A DNA stretch of 56,269 bases, from contig MQRK01192887.1 in assembly GCA_001938485.1 (NCBI GenBank), positions 1 through 56,269 of the forward strand, in the 5' to 3' direction. The translations under genes were made by a program, and so were the position numbers. Positions 23,474 to 35,699 of the stretch are shown piece by piece. The DNA is from Girardia tigrina (taxonomy: Eukaryota). Under the pieces are notes generated by a model. The model was not told the DNA's origin, searched no databases, and worked only from the letters and a program-made list of their open reading frames with translations. Position 1 is the first letter of the stretch, and the number at the start of each line of letters is the position of its first letter.

Positions 23474-26373
23474 CACGTTGTCGACCGGCAATTTTACGCC
23501 AAATCTATTGTAGGTAACCGACTATCTTTCCGAAATTCAATGTGGAAGTGAAAAAATATAAAGAACTTTCAATATAAGCCTCCTACGACTGCACGGATAA
23601 CTGTGTGTTTTAGAAACTACAGTACCAGCATTGGTGTACAGGGTAGTGAGTCATAGACTCTTTATCGGATAGAAACCAAAAAATAGACAATACAGAGCCC
23701 ACTGAATTTCTCTCACGGCCTTAGATGCAAGAATGCAAGCTTTTAGTAGACGGACACGCTTCGGTTTACCAGTCAGAAAGGACTAGTTATGATTCCTCGT
23801 ACTTTGATTCTATAGAGATTTATCTGTGTAAACACATTTTGTACAATGAGTAAAAGGACACCGAAATATCCCCACATCATTTGTATTATTTATTTGAAAG
23901 TCGAGAACCACCCGTTGAATCACTCTTTATTCCATCTCCGAGGTACCAACGATGGGCACTGACACATTGGGTTCGAAGATTTTGTACATCCTTCATCTAC
24001 GTTATTTTGTGAAGCTTTAATACCATTGGTACTGCCTTGGGTTCGATGATTGATTAATAAATGTCGCTTTAACCATCGATCCGTTTCATAGATCTTGTGA
24101 CAATTTCCCGTGGGACATTGGAAAAGTCTGTCACCATTCTGTAGCTGCGGTGTCGTAACCGTATGCATGTTTTTGATGTGTCTTCTTTGGTTCCTTCTGT
24201 TCCTCAAAAGCTTTGAAACAAGAAGAATACGTGCATTACACTCTTTTGATAGCGGCTGGAGAATTTTCAGTTTTTCAGACACAGTTCCTTTGATCATGTG
24301 TTTGAATTCCTCGTCACTGTCGAGAATTCCTCTCCCATTCAAGCATTCCTGGTATTCGACCAGATCTTCTTGGCCGCCAAGTAAACAGAGCATATCGCGG
24401 GCCATATGCACTTTCATCAACTGCTTTTTACGGTCGCTGAATTTTCTATTTCCTGAAGCCATTTCGGAGTTTAATACTCTTTCTACCTCACGTACACCTT
24501 TTCGTGTATTGTACTCAAAGAATACAATACGCCGTTTCACCAGTATCACACGCGCCTCGGACAAACCAATTTTACATATCCGTATTACATATTCTGCCAA
24601 GTTTAATTTTACCAAGATCAGTACGTGTGCAGGTATTATGAAGAGTTTGTAGCAGAGTTACCTCTTTTTCAGGTCTTGCCCAGCACTCACTCCCATAATA
24701 AACTGCCGGAAAAATGCTTGATTCGATTAGTCTTCTTTTCAGCGCTATAGGAACTCGGTTACTTTGAATTGCATACTGCAATTCTCGTAACTTACTCATT
24801 CCACAACGCAACCGCTGACCGATATCCCGACTGAAGCTACCACATGAAGTCAAAATACTGCCAAGATAACAAAACTCGCTCACCCATTCTATGACTTTGT
24901 CACCACCCATCACTTGCGATATTCCTGTCCTCGAGTCCTCAGTTAGGCACATAACTTTCGTTTTACATGCACTAATAGTCAACCCAAATTCTGAAAATGT
25001 GCTTCTAAGTACATCCAGGTTTTTATAGGCACCATCAAGATCAGAGTCGATAATACATAGATCATCTGCATAAGCAAGTCTATTGACTTGAAATTCGTCA
25101 CCATACTCGGCGATCAGGGTAATTCTTCGAACGAATCCTTTCAGTATCGCATTTTTGATGACTTCATCGAAGACCAAGTTAAAAAGACTAGGTTTGTTAC
25201 ACATCCCTGCCTGATACCTCTTTCCATGAGAAACTCACAATCTTCCATGGAATTCCTTGAACAGGTTGAGAATCTTGTAAGTCAAGTCAAATCTTTTCAT
25301 GCTGGCTCACAGAGCTTCACGCGGGGCACTATCAAATGCCTTTTCCAAATCGACGAATATCACAAATACTTTCTGGTTTGTATATCGACCTTCTTCCTGT
25401 ATCCGCCTGAGTATACTTATAGCTTGTATAGTTCCTCTTTTCGGCCGAAAACCGAACTGGGAAGGGTCTAACCTTTCTTCCATCACCGGCGTCATTCTAT
25501 TTACGATTATTCGTCCAAAGACTTTGTCGGTGACTTCCAAGAGGAAGATCCCTCCTTAATTATTCGGATTAGACCTAGTAAACTTTCCCTTGAAAAGTGT
25601 TACCACTTTTGCACTCCTCCAAGCCGTTGGGAACTGATGATCACCCCGTTCCAAATTACCTCTAAATCGAGCTTCAATCGAGCTCGCCCCATTATAAAAC
25701 CTCTGTAGTCACCCCATTTGAGTCGGATGCCTTCTCACTACTCATTTGTGAGCAATCGTATCATTATGGCAATCCGTAACTCTTCTGTGTTTGGTGGATC
25801 TATACCGATACAACTTTCATCAGGGAATCGAGTCATATCCGCCAACTCAATAAATGAACGCGCTTCGAAGAGCTTCTGTAATGACTTGCCATTTGATTAT
25901 TGGGAAACTGATGGCTCTAGCGTAAAAAGCGTATGCATTTTCGTTTCTGCATTCCCCAGCATATGCAATTCTAGATAAGCCACATCTTTCTGCTTGAGGG
26001 TTCTAACATTACTTAGATTGATCAGTCTATCTCGCTTCCATTTACAAATAGAACTAGTTACCTTATTTCGTGCGGCTCTCAAGCGTTGCAAATTTTCTGC
26101 AGAAGGTTGCAATATCCATTTTTTCTGTGGTGACTCTTTTCGTTTATGAGATGACATTGTTCAGTTTTGTGATCAGGTAACCAGCTTCCTTTTAGAGGTG
26201 TTATTTGACCTTCCAGTTCTTTTCCACTAGTGATGTAATAACTTTCTCTTTGTTTCAATAATTTTAACTTTCAATAATTTATTTGCAGTATTCTATATTT
26301 ATCTGGGTTTCATAACTTAAAATAGCTAATGCAAATGCAAAAACGAGTTAACTGGGGACCGGTAAACAATGTA
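23474..26373. mobile_element. piggyBac-like non-autonomous element interrupted by an RTE insertion
   Basis: TTAA-CACGTTGTCGACCGG ... CCGGTAAACAATGTA-TTAA: imperfect TIRs with TTAA on both sides. Confidence 0.5.
23600..26235 (-). mobile_element. RTE-like LINE, 5'-truncated and frameshifted, with C-terminal C2H2 zinc finger(s)
   Basis: QFGFRPKRGT, FVDLEKAFDS, LAYADD, FCYLGS, YGSECW and FQCPTGNCHKIYETDRWLKRHLLINH. Confidence 0.93.
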
Positions 26374-27034
26374 TTAAAGCTTTTATCTGAAAATATAATT
26401 TTGCACAAAATATAATTTTAAACAGACATTAAAACCTAGGAATAACTTTGAATTCTCATGATAAAATAAAGAATGTATGAATATAAGGGTGGCCCTTATT
26501 TTGAAACTTCCGAATTGTTTATCTTCTAATCCCATTTCTTGTTCCAATAATAGGTGTTCGGGACATGACTGACCATCTATAAAAATCAAAGGTGGCTGAT
26601 GTCGAGTGCTGGAAGAGGGGAGAATATTCTATAGTTCTTTAGTGTATGGAAGTAGCCGCTCATTTCTAGAGCTCTTTTCCACAAATTAAAAGACGAATTC
26701 AGGTCCTTAATTGAATAAAATTTTTTTATTTCTTATTTTTTGCTGAAAACGGTTTGTCAAAAGATTTATGTCAAAATATTTTTTTTATTAAAAGTTATTT
26801 CATAATCAAAATACTTTGAGTTCGAGTAAGAGTGTTATTGAAGCAGTTTATTCATTTCAAATTGAAATGAAAATTTAATTAAACTAATTATTGAAGTTTG
26901 GTTATAAATGTCACTCATGATTTCGAAGTTGAATTAATTACTAGTTTCCTTTTTATGCATTATTTATTTGACCTTTTATTCGTATAGTTTTTATAAATCG
27001 TTTCTAAATTCACTAACTTAAAATATATTGTTTT

Positions 27035-27169
27035 TTAAATTTTATTTATTATTAATAATAAAATATGGATATTATTAAGAAAACTAATTTGATTTTCAAT
27101 GCATTTATTGATATCACAATTTGAATTGCTACTCGGAGAATTCTCCATAAAACTTTCGTAACAAATCAT
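27035..27169 (-). CDS. Short ORF family member 3 (44 aa, MICYESFMENSPSSNSNCDINKCIENQISFLNNIHILLLIINKI)
   Basis: Gap-free alignment with member 1 (ESF.E..P..NSNC..NKC....I..LNN); about 205 bp downstream of block A copy 3. Confidence 0.5.
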   Translation of the reverse strand: MICYESFMENSPSSNSNCDINKCIENQISFLNNIHILLLIINKI

Positions 27170-27374
27170 CGTTCTTGATTGATAAATTTTAATTCTATTT
27201 CTAAACGTTTTATTATTTAAACAAATTTAAATTACAATTTAATAATTTTCATAATAATTTGAAATATTTTAAAAAATATTTTAAATATATTGTTTTTGAT
27301 AAATTAATTTAATTTAAAAGTTATTTATTTAAATTTTAAAATTGATTAAATAATCCGACGTTTTAAAATATTTA

Positions 27375-27463
27375 AAATATCAATCTTCCATTTGGTGGGA
27401 GAAACACAATCCTAAAACAACATACCAAACAACACACAATAAACACCATTCATAAATATTCCT

Positions 27464-27466
<3 letters not shown>
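27375..27466 (-). promoter_or_regulatory. Conserved block A, module copy 3
   Basis: Reverse complement TGAGGAATATTT..TGTTT/TGTTG tract..GTGTTTCTCCCACCAAATGGAAGATTGATATTT. Confidence 0.55.
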
Positions 27467-27503
<37 letters not shown>

Positions 27504-27839
27504 TCACAAAGAAATCGAATGACAGTAGTTTAGATAAAACTCTAAGCTTTTATGCTTTTTATATGGTCCACTATTTTGTAGATGATACATAGGTATTTTA
27601 CTATAGTATCAACCGAGAATCAACGGAATGCAGAAAACCGGGTGAGGTTCAGATCCAAAGACCAATGTCACTCATTCAATTGAAAGATAAAGATGTCAAT
27701 ATTTTGGGATTTCAAGTGTCTTTAATTTATGAACACAGGTAAGAAATGAGTTCCATTCCAGTTTACTAAACCCCATTGCGTGATGCTTTCAAAGTGAAAA
27801 GACAAGGAAAGTTGACAAATGACTTACGTCTTCTCTTTG

Positions 27840-28255
27840 GCTATATGTGGATGCGGGAAAAGGAGTAAATGCTTTGTCACATCTGGTACAATAAACACAG
27901 AAGTCTATGTTAAGGAGTGCTTGCAATAGCGTTTATTACCATTCATAAGTCAGCATGGAGGTCTTACTTTCTTTTGGTCGGATTTGGAATCGTGCCACTA
28001 TGGTAAGGCAGCCAAGAAGTGGTACGAAGACAATAATGTCGATTTGGTGCAAAGAAAGGTAAATCCACCAAATTTTCCAGAGCATCGCCCAGTCGAAAAA
28101 TATTGGGTCTTGGTAAAAATTCAATTAAAGACGATAAACAAGAGGGCCTAGACAATTTTAGATTTTCTGAACAAGTTGAATAATGCAGCCAAAAACATAA
28201 CATAAACTATAATTGAAAGTCTAATGGCAGGCATTTTGGAAAAGCTCGCAGAATT
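27840..28255 (+). mobile_element. ITmD37E (DD37E) Tc1/mariner-superfamily transposase fragment
   Basis: AICGCGKRS..INTEVYVKECLQ*RLLPFI..FWSDLESCHY...NPPNFPEHRPVEKYW; 37 residues between D and E. Confidence 0.85.
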
Positions 28256-28533
28256 TTTTAAAAATAATAAATAATTTTTCTTAGCTTACTAAAATTATTT
28301 TGAATTAAACACTTTTTTCAAAACAGTCGGTATTTTTTCAATGAAAAATATCGTTTTGAAGATAGAGGATTTTAAAGTTAATAATATTTTATGCACAAAA
28401 ACCTTACCTTACACATTAAGTAAAAGAGCAAACTTAAAAAATGTATATATATATATATATATATATTGAGTCTTGTGAACGCAAGTTTAGTATTTCGAAA
28501 ATATAATTTGATTAAAGCTTTTTTTATATAATT

Positions 28534-28575
28534 ATTGGACATGTATCGATGTTTATATACATCATCATCAGCAAT
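28534..28575 (-). ncRNA. Minimal hammerhead ribozyme relic (GAAA mutated to GATA)
   Basis: Reverse complement ATTG-CTGATGA-T-GATGT..ACATC-GATA-CATG-TC-CAAT; 28491-28577 is a second copy of 394-480. Confidence 0.7.
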
Positions 28576-29737
28576 TTGAAAACAATTGTAATAGATACAT
28601 TAACTTTAAAGGGTATATTAGGGATTAATTATTATTATTTATGAAAATATTATTGGGTAATAATGGCAAAAAGAATATTTTAATTAAAAATTTTAAGTAT
28701 TGAAATAACCTTACTTTGCCCATTCTGAATGTTAATTGATGTGCTGACAATTTAATTTAATATAACACAATAAAATTTTGATTTGAATCGTCTTTGGACA
28801 AGGGAAAAGAGGAATTTATAAATAAATATAACAATATATAATTTATAATTTAAATTCCTAAATAAAACTTTATATAATATTATATATTTCAATATTTGGT
28901 GAATTAAATATAAAATTAATTTAAACATAAAATTAAGTAATTTGTGAGCTCATATTTTCATTTTTACTGATAGAAATAGATGTACTTTTTTTCAACATTA
29001 ATATTTAATTTTGAACAAAAATATATAAAATAACAACAGATTGTTTGAATAATTAATTAATGTTAGAAGTGACAAAATTTAGTGTTTATTTTACAATTAA
29101 ATTAAAATAATAAATTTCAACTCGTACTTACGAAATAAAAATCCAAAACAAAACAACCGAAAGGAAAATAATTAACGGTTTTACACTGTTTTAAAATGAT
29201 TATGAACCTTTTTTTCCTTTAATCACTGACGAAACACGACGATTTTTCAAGAAAATCTGATTTTGCTTTTGTCTTATTTATAAATTTATACGGTGGCGAA
29301 AGGAAAGAGATAAGAGAAAGACCGACAGGACGCTCCCCGCCAACCTGTTACTTCGACTCTTTCCGTATTTGCGCTACCTTTTTCACTTGAAAGAGCGACA
29401 TATTACATTATCTTTTAGTTTTTCTTATGTTATTTATAATTAATTGGCTTGTCAATTTATTTTTTACATTTTTGTCTTTTTCAGAGTATATATATTAAAA
29501 AATGAAAAGAAATTCGGACAAAATATCTCACAGGATTTTTATTGTCATTCTGTGAGATTTGCGTGTTTATTTTTACTTTTTAATTTGGTAGACTAATTAA
29601 TTTTGATAATGATAATATGTATATTAAGTAAAATAAAAATTATTATTATTATTAATATTCAATCTAAAATTGGAAAAGTATGCTTTTTAATTAAATTTAG
29701 ACATAAATTTTATTTATTCCAGAAAAGGTGGTTCTCA

Positions 29738-30060
29738 TTAAACTTGTTGACGTGAGCTTTTCAATTGAATCCGAGTATTCTTCGAATTTTTTCTCAATCC
29801 CTCTGAGATCTTCGTTGATTTCGTCAACATCATCGAACCTTCCGAGCTTCGTTCCGATTTCTTTGAGGGATTCCAAGTTGGATCTATTGATTCAATTTTA
29901 AATGTCTTCAATTGAACTGAAATCAAGACTTCATCAATCAATGTTTCAACACTCTCCAGAAAATCTTTTACATCAAACGAAACATTCAGGTTTTCTAAGG
30001 ACATGTCGATTTCATTGATTTCTAATTTGATTTCCATTTCAATTTTATTTGATTTTCTCC
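29738..30060 (-). pseudogene. Unidentified gene fragment inside the fold-back (MEIKLEINEIDMSLENLNVSFDVKDFLESVETLIDE...)
   Basis: Acidic, helical protein-like part of ORF 29738..30361. Confidence 0.35.
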
Positions 30061-30158
30061 ACTTTGAAAAGAATATATAATCATAAAAGTAATCACAAAA
30101 GGCAGTAATGTTAGATTGAATATAACAAATTATTTGTTGAGATCCTTTTTGTTGATGG

Positions 30159-30374
30159 ATGAAGACGCTGATGGATATCAATAATGAAATCGTAGAAATT
30201 GCTCGTTCTGTAAGTAAGAACTGGCTGCTGTTGGAAAGGCAATTGTATTTCAAGAAATCTATACACGACTCGGGTAACCGCAAAATAAAACTCCAAAGTC
30301 TCTCTAGCAAGTCGAAGTGGAGGAAGTACCGACATGATTCTGTAGTGGTTATTACTAACAAAAAAGGTTCATAA
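30159..30374 (+). pseudogene. Death-domain-like fragment
   Basis: EIVEIARSVSKNWLLLERQLYF...KWRK resembles death-domain helices 1-2 (IA..G..W..L.R.L); runs into the inverted-repeat arm. Confidence 0.4.
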
Positions 30375-30586
30375 TCATTTTAAAACAGTGTAAAACCGTT
30401 AATTATTTTCCTTTCAGGTTGTTTTGTTTTGGATTTTTATTTCGTAAGTACGAGTTGAATTTTATTATTTTAGTTTAATTGTAAAATAAACACTAAATTT
30501 TGTCACTTCTAACATTAATTAATTATTCAAACAATCTGTTGTTATTTTATATATTTTTGTTCAAAATTAAATATTAATGTTGAAAA

Positions 30587-31049
30587 CAAGTTAATAAAAA
30601 GTCTAGTGACAATTTAAGCGCAATTTCCTTATGTTATTCGGTGCCCAATTATTAAAACGTTTATATCAGTATTTGACTATGATTAATTTTTTGTGACCGA
30701 ACGAAAGGATATTTTTGAAAACTTTCTTCGGCAATATTGTTCTAAATTATTGCAGGAATCGATTGGTAAATGTTTCAAGTCGCTAAGTGGTCTGGTTGCC
30801 GAGATATAGGCCAAAAACTGCATTTTTTCGAGGTTTTTTGGCTTTTCCGGGAAATCCATGAAGGAATTCCGGGAATTCTTTTGGCCCACAATCATCCTCC
30901 GAACTTGCTTAACATATTTGCTTTTGGAACTAGCCCTTGATATTGCTTCGTTGAGGAGGAGATACGACTTAAAGCTGCGGACACACATCCATCCATCCAC
31001 ACAGAAATAACCAATTAATAATCGCAATTGTCAGTATGGAAATTGCGCT
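30587..31049. mobile_element. Helentron-associated (HINE/DINE-1-like) non-autonomous element
   Basis: Absent from the other arm; inserted in an A/T run with no obvious TSD; 12-bp subterminal IRs AGCGCAATTTCC (30617-30628, 31038-31049), terminal hairpin, (CATC)n tract, AACAAG end. Confidence 0.7.
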
Positions 31050-31859
31050 AAAAAGTACATTTATTTCTATCAGTAAAAATGAAAATATGAGCTCACAAAT
31101 TACTTAATTTTATGTTTAAATTAATTTTATATTTAATTCACCAAATATTGAAATATATAATATTATATAAAGTTTTATTTAGGAATTTAAATTATAAATT
31201 ATATATTGTTATATTTATTTATAAATTCCTCTCTTCCCTTGTCCAAAGACGATTCAAATCAAAATTTTATTGTGTTATATTAAATTAAAATTCACTTATC
31301 ATTTATCGTTTAATTTCGTTGCTTGCTATATATAAAGATATGTATAAATAATTAAATAGTATTTAAATTAAAAAGAAAATTAAATAATTAATGAAACAAA
31401 TTAAATAAAAATAATTGAATTTAAAAGTTATTTATTTCTTTTTTGTTAAACGAAACAAAAAACCATTTTTTAACGATGACTCGTGGTAATTAGCTGATTT
31501 GTGCGTGCGCCGATTGTTTTGTCGAGTGGCAAGTGAATGAAATTCCTCGTTCTGATTGGTTTACCTATCAGAGCGAACCGTGAGCCAGACATTATTTCAC
31601 TTTTACAATTTTGAAATTTTGTGGAACGCTTTGAAAGATTATAATTTTGACATTTTGTCGAACTGTGATTTGAGTTCTGAAATCACAATTTATTTGTCTA
31701 ATTTGAATTTCTTATTACGAATATTGCTAAATCCAATATATAAAAAAATTATTATTCGATAAGTAAACATTTACTATTGTAAAGCTCACTCTTTGTTCTA
31801 TGCAAGATATAGGCCAAAGGGGGAGCTTTAACAATTAGTTATTAAAATTTTATCGCTTA

Positions 31860-31933
31860 AAACTATTAAAAAGTCTATATTTTCTAAGCCAATTAACTAT
31901 TAAAAAGTCTATATTTTCTAACCCAATTAACTA
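31860..31933. repeat. Tandem duplication of a ~34-bp unit
   Basis: AACTATTAAAAAGTCTATATTTTCTAA(G/C)CCAATT x2. Confidence 0.85.
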
Positions 31934-32647
31934 CAAACTTATTTTTTAATAAACTTCAAAAAAAAAAATAAAATAATAAATCACCGTACAATAGATATAA
32001 TCGTCTGTTGTAATCACGATCAGTAAAAATTCTTCTGGACCAAAAAGCGTTATTCAATTGTTAACGAGTTTTCACAAAATATCGTCTGATAGTTAATTGA
32101 ACGATTTGAGAGGTTCGTTTTCGGAAAACTTCTTTTTTTTTTGTTAATTTGGTTGTATAAAATCTGTCTAATAGATATAATCGTCTTTATTTATTTACGG
32201 TTTCAGACCACAATCCACGGACACTATATAATTCTTGAATTTGTGGTATTGATTTATTTTTTGATTTTTAATTTTTAAATTTATCAATTCCATATTACTA
32301 TGGAATAAACGACTATTACATTATTCCATTATCAGTTGTTATTCTTTCAGTTGTTATTATTCCATTATCTCTGTCTCATTAAATAAAAGCAACAAAAAAA
32401 AATAAAAATCATAAAAAAAATAACCGACACACCCCAAATCAAAAGGGTAAAAAAAAATAAAAAAAAATAAATAAAAAAAACTACGTCAAAAAAAAGCACA
32501 AATTAAAATAAACACACCCGACCACTCTCAAAAATTAAAAAAATATAATCACTCTTTTATTTTTCTTTTTGGTGTAATGCCTTTACAACTATGTTCAATA
32601 AAATGATCCAAGCGTAAACAAGAAATGTCCCAGCTTCAAATCCATCT

Positions 32648-32785
32648 CTACAACTCTATTACTACCACCGTCTGGTCTTCGGGGAAACCTTTGAGATCAG
32701 GCGGAACAGGTTTCATTGTTGGATGTTTGACAGAATCAAAGGCAAGACAGTGATTATTGCATGGATCACAACATTTTAATCTCAT
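32648..32785 (-). CDS. Possible small Cys-rich ORF (45 aa, MRLKCCDPCNNHCLAFDSVKHPTMKPVPPDLKGFPEDQTVVVIEL)
   Basis: ATG-to-stop ORF in a GC-richer island 90 bp downstream of module copy 4; no homologue in the window. Confidence 0.25.
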   Translation of the reverse strand: MRLKCCDPCNNHCLAFDSVKHPTMKPVPPDLKGFPEDQTVVVIEL

Positions 32786-32875
32786 AGTTGTCGTATATAA
32801 CAAAACAAATAAGAATAAAAGAATTTCATAAAACTCCTCTTTAGATAAAGTCGATCAATTTTCAACTTTTAACAT

Positions 32876-32989
32876 TCAATCATCTACTGAGATTCGAGTA
32901 ATGAAAATATTAACATTTAAACATTTATTATTATTACAAATAGAACTATCATTACAAAAATTCTTCAAATCACTTTCACTATACGTTAT
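32876..32989 (-). CDS. Short ORF family member 4, most divergent, ATA at the start position (ITYSESDLKNFCNDSSICNNNKCLNVNIFITRISVDD)
   Basis: ES, D, C and NKC at exactly the same codon positions as member 1, same length (37 codons); preceded by TCCAG-AAAG. Confidence 0.4.
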   Translation of the reverse strand: MTYSESDLKNFCNDSSICNNNKCLNVNIFITRISVDD

Positions 32990-33241
32990 CTTTCTGGATT
33001 AATATTTTTCTGTAGATCATTCTTCTTTTGAAAACAAATGGAAAATATTTGTAATATTAATTAATTATCAAAACTCTCATTGGTTAAAATCAAATTTAAA
33101 CATTTTTTTAAAAAAGATGCACCAATTAAATTAATACATTAAAATTTTAAATTACATTAAAAGTTAAATATTTCATCTGCAACATATATTAAATATTTGT
33201 AATTTAAAATAAAATAATTTTCAAATAGTAAGAATCAAAGA

Positions 33242-33337
33242 AAATACCAATCATCCATCTGGGTACGAAAGACACAATCTGAATCAACACACAACATTCA
33301 AATGATAAAGTAACAAAAAATTCAGTAGATTCCTCAC
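33242..33337 (-). promoter_or_regulatory. Conserved block A, module copy 4
   Basis: Reverse complement GTGAGGAATC..TGTTGTGTGTTGA..GTGTCTTTCGTACCCAGATGGATGATTGGTATTT. Confidence 0.55.
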
Positions 33338-33781
33338 CGATAAATACAAATATCATTATAAAAACTTTTTTATTAATTGTAAAATTAAATACTTCAAGAT
33401 AACAGTATTGGAAAATCGTTAGACTTTTAAATTCCTTCTTTGAATTATCTGTTACTAATTTGAGTTAGAATTCATCCATCCGCATTATCATCGATGTAAT
33501 GCATTTAGATCTAACCTTATACAAGTGGGAATTAAATAAAATAAAATAATGTTAATTCAAATTTATAGAAGAAGTTGTGACATCTCTCCAAAGAATATGT
33601 GTTATGGAATTAATATAAGAAATAAATAATAATAATTTGTGTAGGATATAAATAAATTATTTTATTAATAAAGATAAAACGAAGATATTTCTCGTATATA
33701 CCAATAGATTTAATCCTAAATCTATCCGAATGGGACTTAATGTAATAAATCTTTATAATTAAAGTTATCGTTTTTCTTTAA

Positions 33782-34789
33782 CACATTGTAATCGGATCAC
33801 GTATTAATACGTTTTTAGCAAATTAATGCTAGAGAGCGGATCACGTATTTATACATTTTTGATAGATTGTTAGTGGAGCGCGGGTCACGTTAAAATACGG
33901 GTTCCAATATACTTGAGTTTTCGCTATATAGCGTCTGTAGGGTTGTACCCATGCAGATAAAAACCTTTTGAGAACAATAGATGGGGTGTACGATGGGTAC
34001 CGAGGTAGTGTTATTCATCACAAAAATAGTCGAATATAACGGTACATATAACGGTCTACATGCAACACTAAGACGAAGAATAATATTTTTTTTAGTTTAT
34101 TTCACTACTCTTTGGTGGTCGGACGTTGCTAAAAGCTAAATATCGAGTACATAGATATTATATATATTACGTACATGGACTTCCGATTCGATTCATGAAG
34201 AAGTTATTTCTGAAGATCCAGGGCCATCGACATCTTCATGGAAAAGGGCTCCTTCTCGTGACCCTCCCGGAAGGTTTTCCATGGACATGCGCAAACATGT
34301 GATAGCCAAAATTGAAAGCAAGGGAAAGAAGAAATTTGTTCAAAGGCAATGTCATGTCTGTTCAGCGCGCAAGGTACGTAGTGAAACATGCTTCATATGC
34401 AAATTTTGTGAAATTCCCCTACACAGGGGCAAATGTTTTGAAAGATATCACACCCTAAAACAATACTAATTTTTATTTTACATTTAGAAATAATTTTTGT
34501 GTATAATTTGTAAAATAAAGGATGTGATGTAAAAAAAATATGATTTTTTTCAAAACTTTCCTACTTTATGTGAAATTCTGCACTAGTTTAACGATGAAGA
34601 AGACATTTCTAAATATAATAAAATAAAATGTAATAAAATAAATAATTTGCAAAAAGAATTATTGAAATCAAACAAATATTTTTGAAGTTATCGCAATTTT
34701 TCTAGAGGTCTACGTTAGCGCGAAATTACGCGAAAAATCACCCATTACCAGCACTAGTACGCGGCCGAAAACTGCCCGATCACAATGTG
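33782..34789 (+). mobile_element. Non-autonomous piggyBac element retaining the C-terminal Cys-rich domain
   Basis: TTAA TSDs, TIR CACATTGT(A/G)ATCGG, ORF ...RQCHVCSARKVRSETCFICKFCEIPLHRGKCFERYH. Confidence 0.93.
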
Positions 34790-35149
34790 TTAATTTAGTA
34801 CTTCAATCATATCCAGTAAATGAAGTCTATTTTGTATTGGTGCCTTGACCGGGCTATAGGTAGCCCACTTGTAAAACCATTGATCATTTTTAAAATATAT
34901 ACATATTTATTTTAGTAAGAAATAATCTCGACAACTGAATTTTATGAAATGAATTTTATTTTTAAAATATATATTTGTATGATTATTAAAAAAAATAAAT
35001 TGAAACATTATTTATAATAAATATTTTATATTAAACATTATTTATAATAAATCTTTATAGTCTTTTGGAACACCCATCTCTTTCAAGAATGGTATTTAGC
35101 CTATAGACTTTTTAGATGGTCCTCCCAAACAAAATAAGTCTATAAGCCA

Positions 35150-35640
35150 CTTGATAGGCCACCTATGGTGACGCCCGTCTTTCGCTTCCGTGCACACTTC
35201 GGCAATTCAGTGAACAATGACCAGTTTTGGATAGCGGTCTCATGGTTCTGCATCCCTTTGGCCAGTAACTAAGAATGCGTTGGATGGTAGTCGTCTCTTT
35301 GCTAGAATGTTCATTGGGTGTGATTGTATCCATTCTGATTTTCTAATCCTTCCTTATCCCCAAAACCAGACGCGTATCATGATTAGGTTAACCTCAAATT
35401 TCTTTATTAGTCTATGGGTAGTCATCCAATTTTTACACCCAGATAGTATATAAATCTCAATCAATTTTTTCTGGCTTCGGATCGTTAGTTTTGGAAACTT
35501 CAGAATAGCTTAATAGTTAGTACTATCCTTATCTTTTCCTTATTCTGTCTCACAGGTTCCATGAGAAGATATTATTGATCCAACGTAACGGAACTATGTC
35601 CCCACTCAATTCCTTACATTATCAGTCAACCTGTTGTTTG
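35150..35640 (-). mobile_element. Highly decayed LINE RT C-terminal fragment
   Basis: Minus frames give FRYVGSIISSHGTCETE and ILSGCKNW, equivalents of FxYLGS and YGxExW. Confidence 0.55.
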
Positions 35641-35699
35641 TATTATTGCATAACCATTTAGATTGATAATCTTGGTCTTGAGTTGAAAAAAGTCATAAC

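Larger units (their letters stand above)
28751..31289. repeat. Long inverted repeat (fold-back): ~465-bp arms around a 1.15-kb core
   Basis: 28751-29214 is the near-perfect reverse complement of 30360-31289 once the insert at 30587-31049 is removed. Confidence 0.95.

Noticed and set aside
24110-25978. Plus-strand ORFs over the LINE (also those over the hAT at 15082-15840)
   Set aside because: Antisense shadows of transposon ORFs.
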